Below are positions 9,677-19,129 of a stretch of 64,000 bases of DNA, piece after piece. Both the position numbers and the translations under genes were made by a program. The notes beneath the pieces were generated by a model. It was not told the origin of the DNA. It ran no database searches and saw only the letters and a list, made by a program, of their open reading frames with translations. Position 1 is the first letter of the stretch. The number at the start of each line of letters is the position of its first letter. The DNA is from Candidatus Hodarchaeota archaeon. Lineage in GTDB: Archaea > Asgardarchaeota > Heimdallarchaeia > Hodarchaeales > Hodarchaeaceae. The stretch lies in the NCBI GenBank assembly GCA_016839785.1, contig JAEOTQ010000177.1, positions 1 to 64,000 of the forward strand, written 5' to 3'.

Positions 9677-12205
9677 ATGGCGGATTGTGTGTCCTCACGT
9701 AAACTCCTACAAAATCGTAGTTATTATCTCGAGGCCCTGCAGCAACATAGGCGAAGTGTGGCATTAATTATTGCTGTAATGGTCACAGCCCCCCTTTTTG
9801 CTTTCACCTCTTTACCTCCTGTCGAAGTTCGTGAAGTAATTCCTCAAGAAGTTACCGAGCCGATTGAAGTTGAAGTCCTGGTAAATAAGACGGTCGAAGT
9901 GGAGGTTAATATTACAGAGGAAGTAGTACTTAACAGAACTATCGGAGTTAACATTACCGAGGGAGGAAACATCTTTTTGGAATCACAGCCTGCACCTCCT
10001 CTTATTGGATCAGATATTGTTCTCTGTATCGATACTTCTGGCAGTATGGAACCAGAAAATATGCCAGTAGCTAAAGCGGCTATCAATAGTTTTGTTAAGC
10101 TCTTGAATAAGACAAATAACGCAGGTATTTCTAATGATAGAATTGCACTTGTTTCATTTAATACAGATCCAGAAGACACTGATTGGACGGATCATGCAGA
10201 TTTGCATACGGAATTGGGATATGTGAGTAATAAAACTCATTTAGACTTGGTTCTAAATGAGACGGAATCACTTTCTGGATATTGGGGAACTGATATCTGG
10301 GCAGGATTAAACAAATCATTAGATATCTTATTTAGCAATTCAAGAACTGAACCAGCTTTAAAATCAATCTTTCTTGTGACAGATGGTCTACATCAAAGTG
10401 GTCCATGGAGTACCGAAGTAGTAGCTGAAGATTATGATGGATTTATGACTCAACCCTCAAATATTGCCCTAGATCCTCCTTACTCCGAAAGTCCAATAGT
10501 CGTCGCTCGTGAAAATAACGTCAATATCTATTCGATAGGGCTTTTTGAAGGAGCAACTTATGGTTTCGATGAGAACTTTCTGATGAATATTTCTTTAAAT
10601 GTCACACACGGAACCTTTGGTGATTTTTTCGCTGGGAATGATACTCTAACTCTTTCAGAGGGATTTCTAAGGGCTAGAGATAGTGCATCGGGATGGTCCC
10701 TTGTTAATTCTTCTGATATGATCATGTGGGACAATAGCTCTCAAAATTTATTTTCTTATAATGTAACACAGGAAGTAAGACGTTTAAAATGGGATTTAAA
10801 CTGGAATAATTCCGGATTAGATTTTAATTTGTATGCTATTGACCCAAATGGGTCAGTAATCCAAATCACGAATCAATCAACAGATAATATGATTCCTGTA
10901 ACACTAGGACATCCAAAATCAATAATTTTCGATTATCCTTCGCTTGGGACTTGGAAATTCAATATCTCAATTGTTAATGATTCAAATCCCAACGAGCCAA
11001 TCAAAAGTAGACTGTCTTCTTATGAACCCCCCATCTTTATTGAATCTATCAGTCAATTTGAGGCTTTAATGGAAAATCAAACACTTCTGTCAGATTTTGA
11101 AAATCGTTATCCTCCCACCATCAATGTTAACTCTTTAGAAAATTCTGTTTTATATAAAGTTCTGCAATCTACTGATAATGAAACGTCCAGTAATCAGTCA
11201 GTTCTGTTTTTAGTTAATGTAACAAATAAAAATCCATTATTTACTTATCACAATATTACTGTTTACGTTTTAGGGAATTTTACGGACTATAATGTCTCAA
11301 TGATCTGGACACCCGCTTCAATAGATTCACTTGGAACTGGTAATTTCACTGAATTTCTCTTCAATTTAACATTCAATGAACCTGCATTTCTACAAGGAAC
11401 AATCTTTTTCAAAGTAAATTGTTCAGAAGGATTTCACGATGCTGTAGCGCAAGATGTCTCCTTGGATTATCGTATAACAACCGAAAATGTTACAATCGAG
11501 ACATACATTGAAAATCAAACGATTATGGTTTTAGAAAATCAGACTACACAAACTATCATAATATCTCAGGGCATAACCACGGTCACTCGCTATACTTACA
11601 ATCGACAGTTCTTTGATACGCTCAAATGGGGGGGATTTTTTGTAACATTTGGATTATTGTTTTCTTTCCTTGCGGTTTACGTAGTCGCGCACGCTTATCA
11701 ACTTCGAAGTCTAGCAAAAAGCTTTCGTACACGATTATTCCCTGATCAAACGATCTTGGAGTTGGCATTACAAAAAGAAGGCATTTCTGTAGCTCCTGAA
11801 CAACTGAGTGCAGTCATTGAATCCACAGATGATTTAGACCAATTTGGGGAAAATATTTTCTCTCTAACAGGGAAAAGACTAACTCCAGAAGATTTAATTA
11901 GGCTTACATCTGGTGTTTCCACGGATCAAATTATAAGCCGACTTAGTTTTGTAACAGGCCGATCTCCTACTGAAATTACTGCTTTATTAAATGCTGCTCC
12001 TTCCGTTGAAGCGCTTATTACCCAGCTCAGTCTGGATGAAGAACGATTTCTAGACATTATTACCCGAGATGAACAGGTTCTTAGTTTTCAATCAAAAATA
12101 TCAGGTTTAATTACACCTAGGCAAAGAGAAATCTCTCAAATCATAATGAATGACGACTTGGATATTTCCAGATTTAGATCCCAATTGAAAAGAAAATCCA
12201 ATTAG
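9677..12205 (+). CDS. Membrane-anchored vWA-domain surface glycoprotein with cytoplasmic helical tail
   Basis: MIDAS DTSGSM...GTD...VTDG. N-terminal and late TM segments; very many N-x-S/T sequons. Confidence 0.8.
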   Translation: MADCVSSRKLLQNRSYYLEALQQHRRSVALIIAVMVTAPLFAFTSLPPVEVREVIPQEVTEPIEVEVLVNKTVEVEVNITEEVVLNRTIGVNITEGGNIFLESQPAPPLIGSDIVLCIDTSGSMEPENMPVAKAAINSFVKLLNKTNNAGISNDRIALVSFNTDPEDTDWTDHADLHTELGYVSNKTHLDLVLNETESLSGYWGTDIWAGLNKSLDILFSNSRTEPALKSIFLVTDGLHQSGPWSTEVVAEDYDGFMTQPSNIALDPPYSESPIVVARENNVNIYSIGLFEGATYGFDENFLMNISLNVTHGTFGDFFAGNDTLTLSEGFLRARDSASGWSLVNSSDMIMWDNSSQNLFSYNVTQEVRRLKWDLNWNNSGLDFNLYAIDPNGSVIQITNQSTDNMIPVTLGHPKSIIFDYPSLGTWKFNISIVNDSNPNEPIKSRLSSYEPPIFIESISQFEALMENQTLLSDFENRYPPTINVNSLENSVLYKVLQSTDNETSSNQSVLFLVNVTNKNPLFTYHNITVYVLGNFTDYNVSMIWTPASIDSLGTGNFTEFLFNLTFNEPAFLQGTIFFKVNCSEGFHDAVAQDVSLDYRITTENVTIETYIENQTIMVLENQTTQTIIISQGITTVTRYTYNRQFFDTLKWGGFFVTFGLLFSFLAVYVVAHAYQLRSLAKSFRTRLFPDQTILELALQKEGISVAPEQLSAVIESTDDLDQFGENIFSLTGKRLTPEDLIRLTSGVSTDQIISRLSFVTGRSPTEITALLNAAPSVEALITQLSLDEERFLDIITRDEQVLSFQSKISGLITPRQREISQIIMNDDLDISRFRSQLKRKSN

Positions 12206-12213
12206 TCAAGATT

Positions 12214-13152
12214 TTAAATACTAAAAATCTTATTCTCTAAGTTTTGAACTTGCTTACCTGTAACAGCGCGTAATGAAGTGGAATCGGAAATAATCTGTAA
12301 AATCATCTCAGTGGCTGATTGAAAATCTTTTGCACACTTCATTTTATGAAATTGTGAATCAACCGTTGGGATTTCATACTGGGGTATAATTTTCGTAAAT
12401 TCAGGATCATCCCTAATCATACCGAGAACAGGATAGGAAAATGATTCCATAACTTGTTCCACCCATTTTTCACTTAGGGTTTTTTCAGATATTTTATTGA
12501 AGACTAGTCCATTCAAACTCAACCCAGGCTCTGCAAACATACTATAGTCCTTTAGAAATTCTTCTAATGTTTGGATTTCAGAGATCGCCTTATCTACGCT
12601 AACTTTATTTAGATCTACTATACCTAATATCAGATTTGAATTGAGTAGTGCTGCGATTTCAAAAAATCTTTGTTGTCTAGCCTCGACCAGCGGTAGATCA
12701 AAAAACATATACTTTGTCCCTGCTTTCTCAATTGCTTCTGCTATCTCACAAATGTGCCGAGTCAGTTCGAGTGTATCAGATTTTGAAACAGTACTAGTCA
12801 TCCCTCTTTCAAATACTGGAAGCATAAAAAATAATGGTTCATTCGTATCTTTATGGGCAAATTTTGATGGAAAACTACATTTAGACCAATCTAATGTCTG
12901 CGATTCTTTCATTTCTTCAGTTATTGATGTCAGTTCACCCATCCGCATCAATATTTTGTCAGTTGCAAAAAATTGGATCGTGGTGTACATGTTTGAAAAG
13001 TCAAATATACAGGCGAGGGGAAAGTTTGGTATCTTTTCTGGTTGATCTTTCATCCATCTTTTCACTAATTCGTAACCTAAGGTGGACATAACAGGGGTTT
13101 GGGAACTGGTTGTCCCTGCTGAAATAAATGAAATTTTTAACATGGTAAACAT
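12214..13152 (-). CDS. MinD/ParA-like protein with degenerate P-loop
   Basis: YMFFDLP, AALLNSNLILGIV, LNGLVFNKI and YPVLGMIRDDPEF match the MinD/ParA C-terminal half. No GKGGxGKT. Confidence 0.6.
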   Translation of the reverse strand: MFTMLKISFISAGTTSSQTPVMSTLGYELVKRWMKDQPEKIPNFPLACIFDFSNMYTTIQFFATDKILMRMGELTSITEEMKESQTLDWSKCSFPSKFAHKDTNEPLFFMLPVFERGMTSTVSKSDTLELTRHICEIAEAIEKAGTKYMFFDLPLVEARQQRFFEIAALLNSNLILGIVDLNKVSVDKAISEIQTLEEFLKDYSMFAEPGLSLNGLVFNKISEKTLSEKWVEQVMESFSYPVLGMIRDDPEFTKIIPQYEIPTVDSQFHKMKCAKDFQSATEMILQIISDSTSLRAVTGKQVQNLENKIFSI

Positions 13153-13226
13153 CAGCGTTCGGGAGAATTTGTTATTTCAACGACTATTTATTCAGAGATT
13201 TGCATAAATCTTTAATTGTCTGCTAT

Positions 13227-14132
13227 TTAAATGTAATCTCGAAATAAGATTTTGGCATTTTCATAGAACAATTTATGGTAAAATGACGGGTTCATCCTTC
13301 GTTCTAACCAACTATTAATCGCATTCTGATAGCTATATGGTATATTTGGAAAATCAGTACCAAATAAAAGTCGATCTGCAAGCTTTATTAATTCTTGATT
13401 CTCAATATCAGCCAAAGGATCACTAAAGGCGGGATTATTTTGCACACCGACCATTGCTGTATCAAAATACAAATTTGGAAAGTCTTCAATTAACATCCAC
13501 ATTTCATGGAATTCATTGGCGCCTAAATGAGGAACAATAACTTTTAAATCTGGAAATTGTTCCAAAAAGGGACGAAGATAACGAATTCCGACATAAGGAC
13601 TTTTGAGGGTCATATTAGGATGAAAATTTGAATGATCGGGACCTGTGCCAACATGGACAATTAAAATCCGATCGTACTCAAGCAATTTTCGGTATACGGG
13701 CAACATACGTTTATCAGAAAGATAAAATGAGGTGACCATTAATTGAAGCTTTATTCCTGCAAAATTCAAGGTTTCGAGTATACGTTCTGTCTCTATTACT
13801 CGATCCTTATCATCTGGGTGAATAGTTCCAACTGGTATAGCATATTTACCCGCAGTAAAGGAGGAGCAAAAGGTGTGGGTCCAATTATTTAAAAACTGTG
13901 CAATGCCTTTTTTATGTGCATAGTTTAACACAACAAAATTACTAACATCATGATCAGTTATTAATGATCGTGCTAATGACTCTGGTGACCCCTTCTCATA
14001 AATTGGCCAATATTTCGTTTCAAAATGCCCCCATATTCTCTCAAACATCTTGGATGGGAAAAAATGGGTGTGTGAATCAAATAAACGGTACTTCAAAGCG
14101 TTAACATCAGACACCTGTCGTATTTGAATCAC
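13227..14132 (-). CDS. Amidohydrolase_2 family protein
   Basis: DSHTH, GIKLQ, VHVG, PHLG, LYFDTA, LLFGTDFP. Confidence 0.9.
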   Translation of the reverse strand: MIQIRQVSDVNALKYRLFDSHTHFFPSKMFERIWGHFETKYWPIYEKGSPESLARSLITDHDVSNFVVLNYAHKKGIAQFLNNWTHTFCSSFTAGKYAIPVGTIHPDDKDRVIETERILETLNFAGIKLQLMVTSFYLSDKRMLPVYRKLLEYDRILIVHVGTGPDHSNFHPNMTLKSPYVGIRYLRPFLEQFPDLKVIVPHLGANEFHEMWMLIEDFPNLYFDTAMVGVQNNPAFSDPLADIENQELIKLADRLLFGTDFPNIPYSYQNAINSWLERRMNPSFYHKLFYENAKILFRDYI

Positions 14133-14740
14133 AAATTAGGAAATTCCTCTGTAACAGACGTATATCCAAGATAATACATGAACCAGGCTAACGCCAATCC
14201 GAACAGAAAGAACAAATTGATTGTAGGAGTCTCTGTTAAGACATAAACCCCAAAATCTAATTCCCACTTCTCAAAAATCATTACGATTAGGTAGAGTAAA
14301 TATTCAACTCCAGTTCCGATTAAGCCAATCTTAACACCTAGCTTAGTCAATTCAATTTTACGGGATTTTTCGATTTTAACTTTATCGATAATGGGAAGTA
14401 TAAGGAGGCTAGCCGCGACAATTTGTGTGATTAACCAAATAATCCCCCATAATTGAAGTATAATCCAGATCAATCCGATGTTTGAATCTGCTGCAACTTC
14501 AATTAGATTTTTGGATCCACTACTAAGATGTGTACTGTATTCCATGATGTTCCAATAAAAATCCATTCTTTCATTAATATCAGAACCTCCCAGATATTTG
14601 GAGTATGTAAGAAAACCACCAAAATATTGAAGGAAAGGAAGAATTATTCCTAGAACTACATATACTCCAGTGGTAAAAATCATCCAAGGAACATTGGATT
14701 GACCATAGGGTTGATTACTACCAGATTTACCTGCTTCCAA
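14129..14740 (-). CDS. Hypothetical membrane protein (about 4 TM)
   Basis: Four hydrophobic segments; 4-bp overlap with the amidohydrolase gene. Confidence 0.65.
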   Translation of the reverse strand: MEAGKSGSNQPYGQSNVPWMIFTTGVYVVLGIILPFLQYFGGFLTYSKYLGGSDINERMDFYWNIMEYSTHLSSGSKNLIEVAADSNIGLIWIILQLWGIIWLITQIVAASLLILPIIDKVKIEKSRKIELTKLGVKIGLIGTGVEYLLYLIVMIFEKWELDFGVYVLTETPTINLFFLFGLALAWFMYYLGYTSVTEEFPNL

Positions 14741-14982
14741 TTCTAAACCACTCTTAAAGTTGCTTGTAAATATAATTTCAAGAATAGAAAGTTAATTTCA
14801 CATACCTCTAGTTAAAAATAACTATTGATGCATGATTTTGCTTCAATTAGAAGTCGGAAATAATAAACTATTGTGTGTACAGAAAAAACATAAAGCTGTT
14901 ATTGCAAACGACACTCAAATCTGATTTTCATTTCAGGCTCAATAAGGAAAATAAATATACTTTTAATGGGAAGATTGACTGG

Positions 14983-17163
14983 ATGACACTCCTAGCAGAA
15001 TTAAAATATGAATTACGTCCTGTTGAAAAGGGATATGCGAATAGAACGTTGTATGTAAACCTTACAACAAATGAAATAAGTATTAAACCTGTTACCGAGG
15101 AAATGAAACAAAAATTTATCGGTGGAAAAGGTTTTGATTTGTACCGAATGTGGCACGGCCTTCCTAAGGACCACCCTGTTAATTGGAACGACCCAGAGAA
15201 CGAAATATGTATTTCTTCAGGTCCATTAGGCGGAAGCACCTATTATCCAGGCTCAGGTAAGTCAATTGTGACCACTATTTCCCCCTTAACTGGTATCGTA
15301 ATAGATTCCAACGTGGGAGGATACTTTGGTCCATACATAAAGTTCAGTGGCTTTGATGGATTGGAAATTCAAGGAAAAGCAGAAAAGGAAGTCGTTCTAT
15401 TTATCAATGGAGATGAGGGAAGAGTTACGCTGGAAGAGGCCAAGGACATTCCCAAAGAAAGTCACCTATTAACACAACTATTAACAGAAAGGTACGCAGT
15501 TGATGCAACAGAAAGAGAAAAAATTCGTGTTTCAGTCGTATCAACTGGCGAAGCAGCTAAACATACAAAAATGAGCTGTTTGAATTTTTCGTGGTATAAT
15601 AAGAAGCGAGAATGGGCCAGTTCAAAACAAGCTGGAAGAGGAGGGATTGGTACCGTTTTTGCGGATAAAAAACTGAAAGCTTTAGTATGTCGCTCCCCCA
15701 GAGTAAATGCTAAAATAAATAATCCCGCTGGACCAGAAGGTAAGAATGCGGGTAAACAACATAACCTTGAGATCATTGAAAATGATCCTAAGCAAAACGA
15801 AATGCGCATTGTTGGCACAGGCCACTTACCTGAAATAATGAATGAATTTGATCTCTTACCCACTGAAAATTTCCGTTTTGGTGCTCATCAAACCTTAACT
15901 GGAGATCATTTTCCGTATACACGGGAAGTATGGCGTAAAATCTATACAAATACTGGTACTGGAGCTGACGGATGTTGGATTGGATGCACAATAGCATGTA
16001 GCCATATTTCAAAAGGACACGTTCTTCTTACTGGTCCATTCAAAGGACAGGAAGTTTTTGTCGATGGCCCTGAATACGAGACCATAGCGGGTTGCGGTTC
16101 AAATTGGGGAGTGTGGGATCCGAAAATAGTTTTAGATGCCAATTTCTACTGTGATACCTACGGATTAGATACAATTTCTATTGGTACTGGCATTGCATTC
16201 GTTATGGAATGTTTTGAGGCAGGGATACTCAATACTGATATCACTGGTGGTTTAGAGTTAAATTTTGGGAATGGACTAGCCGCCATGGAGCTTATTCACC
16301 AAATGGCACGGGGAGAAGGATTTGGTAAGATGGTAGGTCAGGGAATCCGTGAAATGAAGAAACACTTTGCTAAGGAGTACGGAGCTGATTCTCAATTCTT
16401 ACAAGATATTGGAATGGAACACAAAGGCTTAGAATTTTCAGAATATGTCACTAAGGAAAGTTTAGCCCAACAAGGAGGTTATGGGTTCGCATTGAAAGGA
16501 CCTCAACATGATGAAGCTTGGTTGATCTTTGAAGACATGGTTAGAAATAATTTACCAACATTCGAGGATAAAGCGGAAGCATTAGCATGGTTCCCTTACT
16601 GGCGAACTTGGTTTGGATTAAATGGGCTCTGTAAATTACCATGGAACGATGTCATCCCTCCAGATAATAATGAAAATCCACAAAAACCTTTAACCCTTCC
16701 TGATGCTCGTGCAAAAGTTCCTAAACATGTCCAGTGGTATGCTGAGTACTTTAGTGGGGTCACAGGGATTAATTCGGAACCAAATGATCTCATCAAAATG
16801 TCAGAACGCGTATACAACTTCCAGCGGATTTTTAATATTCGTCAGGGGAAAGGGCTCAAAGAACATGATTCGAATTTTCCCTTCAGGGCGATGGGCCCAG
16901 TTACTACCTTAGAGTATGAGAGTAGACTTGACAGGTACGATTCACAACTCAAGGAGGAAGTGGGTGTGGATCCAGAAGGAAAGAGTACTGAAGAGAAAAT
17001 TAAATTGCTTCGGGAATATCGGGAGAATCAATATAGCGAACTTCAGAAGAAAGTCTATGAGCGTAGAGGATGGACTTCAAATGGCTGTCCTACTATTGAA
17101 AAGGTTAAAGAACTCGGAATTGATTTTGACGATGTACTAAAAGTCATTTCTCCTTATCAATAG
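14983..17163 (+). CDS. aor: Tungsten-dependent aldehyde:ferredoxin oxidoreductase family
   Basis: FIGGKG, ISPLTG..DSNVGG, AGRGGIG..KKLKA, CWIGCTIAC, GPEYET, CDTYGLDTIS, YERRGW..NGCP. ATG at 14983 preferred. Confidence 0.92.
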   Translation: MTLLAELKYELRPVEKGYANRTLYVNLTTNEISIKPVTEEMKQKFIGGKGFDLYRMWHGLPKDHPVNWNDPENEICISSGPLGGSTYYPGSGKSIVTTISPLTGIVIDSNVGGYFGPYIKFSGFDGLEIQGKAEKEVVLFINGDEGRVTLEEAKDIPKESHLLTQLLTERYAVDATEREKIRVSVVSTGEAAKHTKMSCLNFSWYNKKREWASSKQAGRGGIGTVFADKKLKALVCRSPRVNAKINNPAGPEGKNAGKQHNLEIIENDPKQNEMRIVGTGHLPEIMNEFDLLPTENFRFGAHQTLTGDHFPYTREVWRKIYTNTGTGADGCWIGCTIACSHISKGHVLLTGPFKGQEVFVDGPEYETIAGCGSNWGVWDPKIVLDANFYCDTYGLDTISIGTGIAFVMECFEAGILNTDITGGLELNFGNGLAAMELIHQMARGEGFGKMVGQGIREMKKHFAKEYGADSQFLQDIGMEHKGLEFSEYVTKESLAQQGGYGFALKGPQHDEAWLIFEDMVRNNLPTFEDKAEALAWFPYWRTWFGLNGLCKLPWNDVIPPDNNENPQKPLTLPDARAKVPKHVQWYAEYFSGVTGINSEPNDLIKMSERVYNFQRIFNIRQGKGLKEHDSNFPFRAMGPVTTLEYESRLDRYDSQLKEEVGVDPEGKSTEEKIKLLREYRENQYSELQKKVYERRGWTSNGCPTIEKVKELGIDFDDVLKVISPYQ

Positions 17164-17211
17164 TCAAAAATGATTGAATTTGGATATTAAAACTAAGAAG
17201 GCATTAATATA

Positions 17212-18276
17212 ATGACATACAAAGCAAATGAAGAATTTTTAGAAAATCTAATTACCACTCCAAGAGCTACTGGTTATGAATTTTCAGCTCAAGGAGTTAT
17301 AAAAGAGTATCTTGAGAACAAGGTAGATAAGATTTATGGCGACCGTGTTGGCAACTTATATGCAGTTGTAAATCCAGATAATCCGTTTAAAGTAATGTTG
17401 GCGGGGCATGTAGACCAAATTGGTTTTCAAATAAGTCATATTGATAAGAAAGGATTTTTGTGGTTTCTTCCTCTCGGTGGGTTTGATACATCTACACTTC
17501 CTGGGAAGAGAGTCAAAGTTTTTTCGAAAGGTCAGTTTATAGTGGGTGTAATCGGGAAAAAACCAATACACTTGATCAAACCTGAAGAGAGAAAAAAGGC
17601 TCCTGAGATGGAAAAATTATTCATCGATTGTGGATTCCTATCTAAAGAGGAAGCACAGGGTAAAATCGATGTGGGAGATTTCGCTGTTTTTGATTATGGC
17701 TATCAAAGATTAGGTGAGCATCGTTTTGTAGTTGCTAGTGGATTCGACGATGCTATTGGTTCTTTCATTGTGGCTGAAATAATGAAGGAGTTGACAAAAG
17801 ATAAAAACTTCTATGCTAGTGTTCATGGAGTAAGTACTGTCCAAGAAGAAATCGGTCTTCGTGGAGCAGTAGTAGCATCCAGGAGTCTCAAACCTGATGT
17901 GGGAATTGCTTTTGATGTTGGATTCGCATCAGATAATCCTGAAATCAAGAAGAAACAAGTGGGTGACACAAAGTTAGGAGGAGGACCCATTGTTTGCATT
18001 GGTCCGAATTTCAATCCTATTCTCTTTAAACGAATTTTAAAAGTTGCTGAAGAAAATGATATTTCTATTCAACGAATAGCTACTAATAGAGGTACAGGTA
18101 CTGATGCAAATGCTATCCAACTTTCAGGAGCAGCTACAGCGTTGATTTCTATCCCTAATCGCTATATGCACACAGCTAGTGAAGTTATCAGCCTTGATGA
18201 TGTTGAGAACATTGTTAAACTTGTTGTAAAATTGATAAAGTCGATAACTGAAGAAGATACCTTTATTCCCTTCTAG
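17212..18276 (+). CDS. M42 (TET-like) aminopeptidase
   Basis: AGHVDQIG, GFDD, VQEEIGLRGA, FDV, GTDA, RYMHT..E. Confidence 0.93.
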   Translation: MTYKANEEFLENLITTPRATGYEFSAQGVIKEYLENKVDKIYGDRVGNLYAVVNPDNPFKVMLAGHVDQIGFQISHIDKKGFLWFLPLGGFDTSTLPGKRVKVFSKGQFIVGVIGKKPIHLIKPEERKKAPEMEKLFIDCGFLSKEEAQGKIDVGDFAVFDYGYQRLGEHRFVVASGFDDAIGSFIVAEIMKELTKDKNFYASVHGVSTVQEEIGLRGAVVASRSLKPDVGIAFDVGFASDNPEIKKKQVGDTKLGGGPIVCIGPNFNPILFKRILKVAEENDISIQRIATNRGTGTDANAIQLSGAATALISIPNRYMHTASEVISLDDVENIVKLVVKLIKSITEEDTFIPF

Positions 18277-18279
18277 GAT

Positions 18280-18306
18280 CTTCCTATTTCCTTTTTTTTT
18301 ATTTTT
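18280..18306 (+). terminator. Oligo-T terminator
   Basis: cttcctatttccttttttttt after the M42 stop. Confidence 0.5.
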
Positions 18307-18316
18307 ATTATTTCAG

Positions 18317-18853
18317 ATGGCCACAGTAAATCCACTTGATACGGCGTGGAAAATTGAGATTATTCCAATGATCGATAAAATTTTTGGAACAGACACCAAG
18401 TATGGGAATATTTGGAAAATGAAAAGGGGATTTTGGTGGGATGACGAAGGTAACCATTCTATTCCACAAACTCCAGATGGTTTAAACTTCACAGTTGATA
18501 ACGAGATTGAAAGAGAGAGATCTTATTTAACTTTAAAGGGTTGGTTGGAGAACATGAATGACTTTTTACTCGAAGTCCCAATTCTTCCTTCCCCAGAAAT
18601 ATTTAATTTAAAAATTATAAATACAGACCTAATTAAACATGAACCCCAAAAAGGCCCACCGCCCCCAGCTCAAGGACCTCCTCCTCCACATTTATTATTT
18701 ATAGATGGTAACGAAAGACTCCAATTTATGGCAGTTTTAAACTTAAATTATTATGAATATACTCTGGGTGTAACAGCAATAATAGAATGGACTTTCATTT
18801 ATTGGCACGAACCAAGACATCGAGGACGGTTGAATATTACCTTAGATCCGTGA
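18317..18853 (+). CDS. Hypothetical protein with a proline-rich loop
   Basis: 178-aa ORF containing PQKGPPPPAQGPPPPH; no recognisable family. Confidence 0.55.
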   Translation: MATVNPLDTAWKIEIIPMIDKIFGTDTKYGNIWKMKRGFWWDDEGNHSIPQTPDGLNFTVDNEIERERSYLTLKGWLENMNDFLLEVPILPSPEIFNLKIINTDLIKHEPQKGPPPPAQGPPPPHLLFIDGNERLQFMAVLNLNYYEYTLGVTAIIEWTFIYWHEPRHRGRLNITLDP

Positions 18854-19129
18854 ACATTGCTTTTTAGACCTCCAAAAAGGATAGGGATTTTCAAAGATTC
18901 AATTACGATGAAGCAATTAGTTACAATTCTCTGTTTTACTGGTTTCTTTTCCTTAGCTCTAATCACAACTTACAATAACAGGTTTAATTGGGGATTACTC
19001 TTATCAGAAAACGGGTTTGGACTGGTACTAGTACACAATTGTTAAACCTAATCTTCTTACCCACAACCATAGAAAGATAATTAATTAAAATTTCAATCTC
19101 TTAACCATTTTCTTAAAATATTTCAAAAA

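Noticed and set aside
14875-14982. N-terminal extension of AOR
   Set aside because: AT-rich promoter-like sequence; the family-like sequence begins near ATG 14983.
18857-19045. 62-aa ORF
   Set aside because: Short, TTG start, no motif; cannot be supported as a gene.
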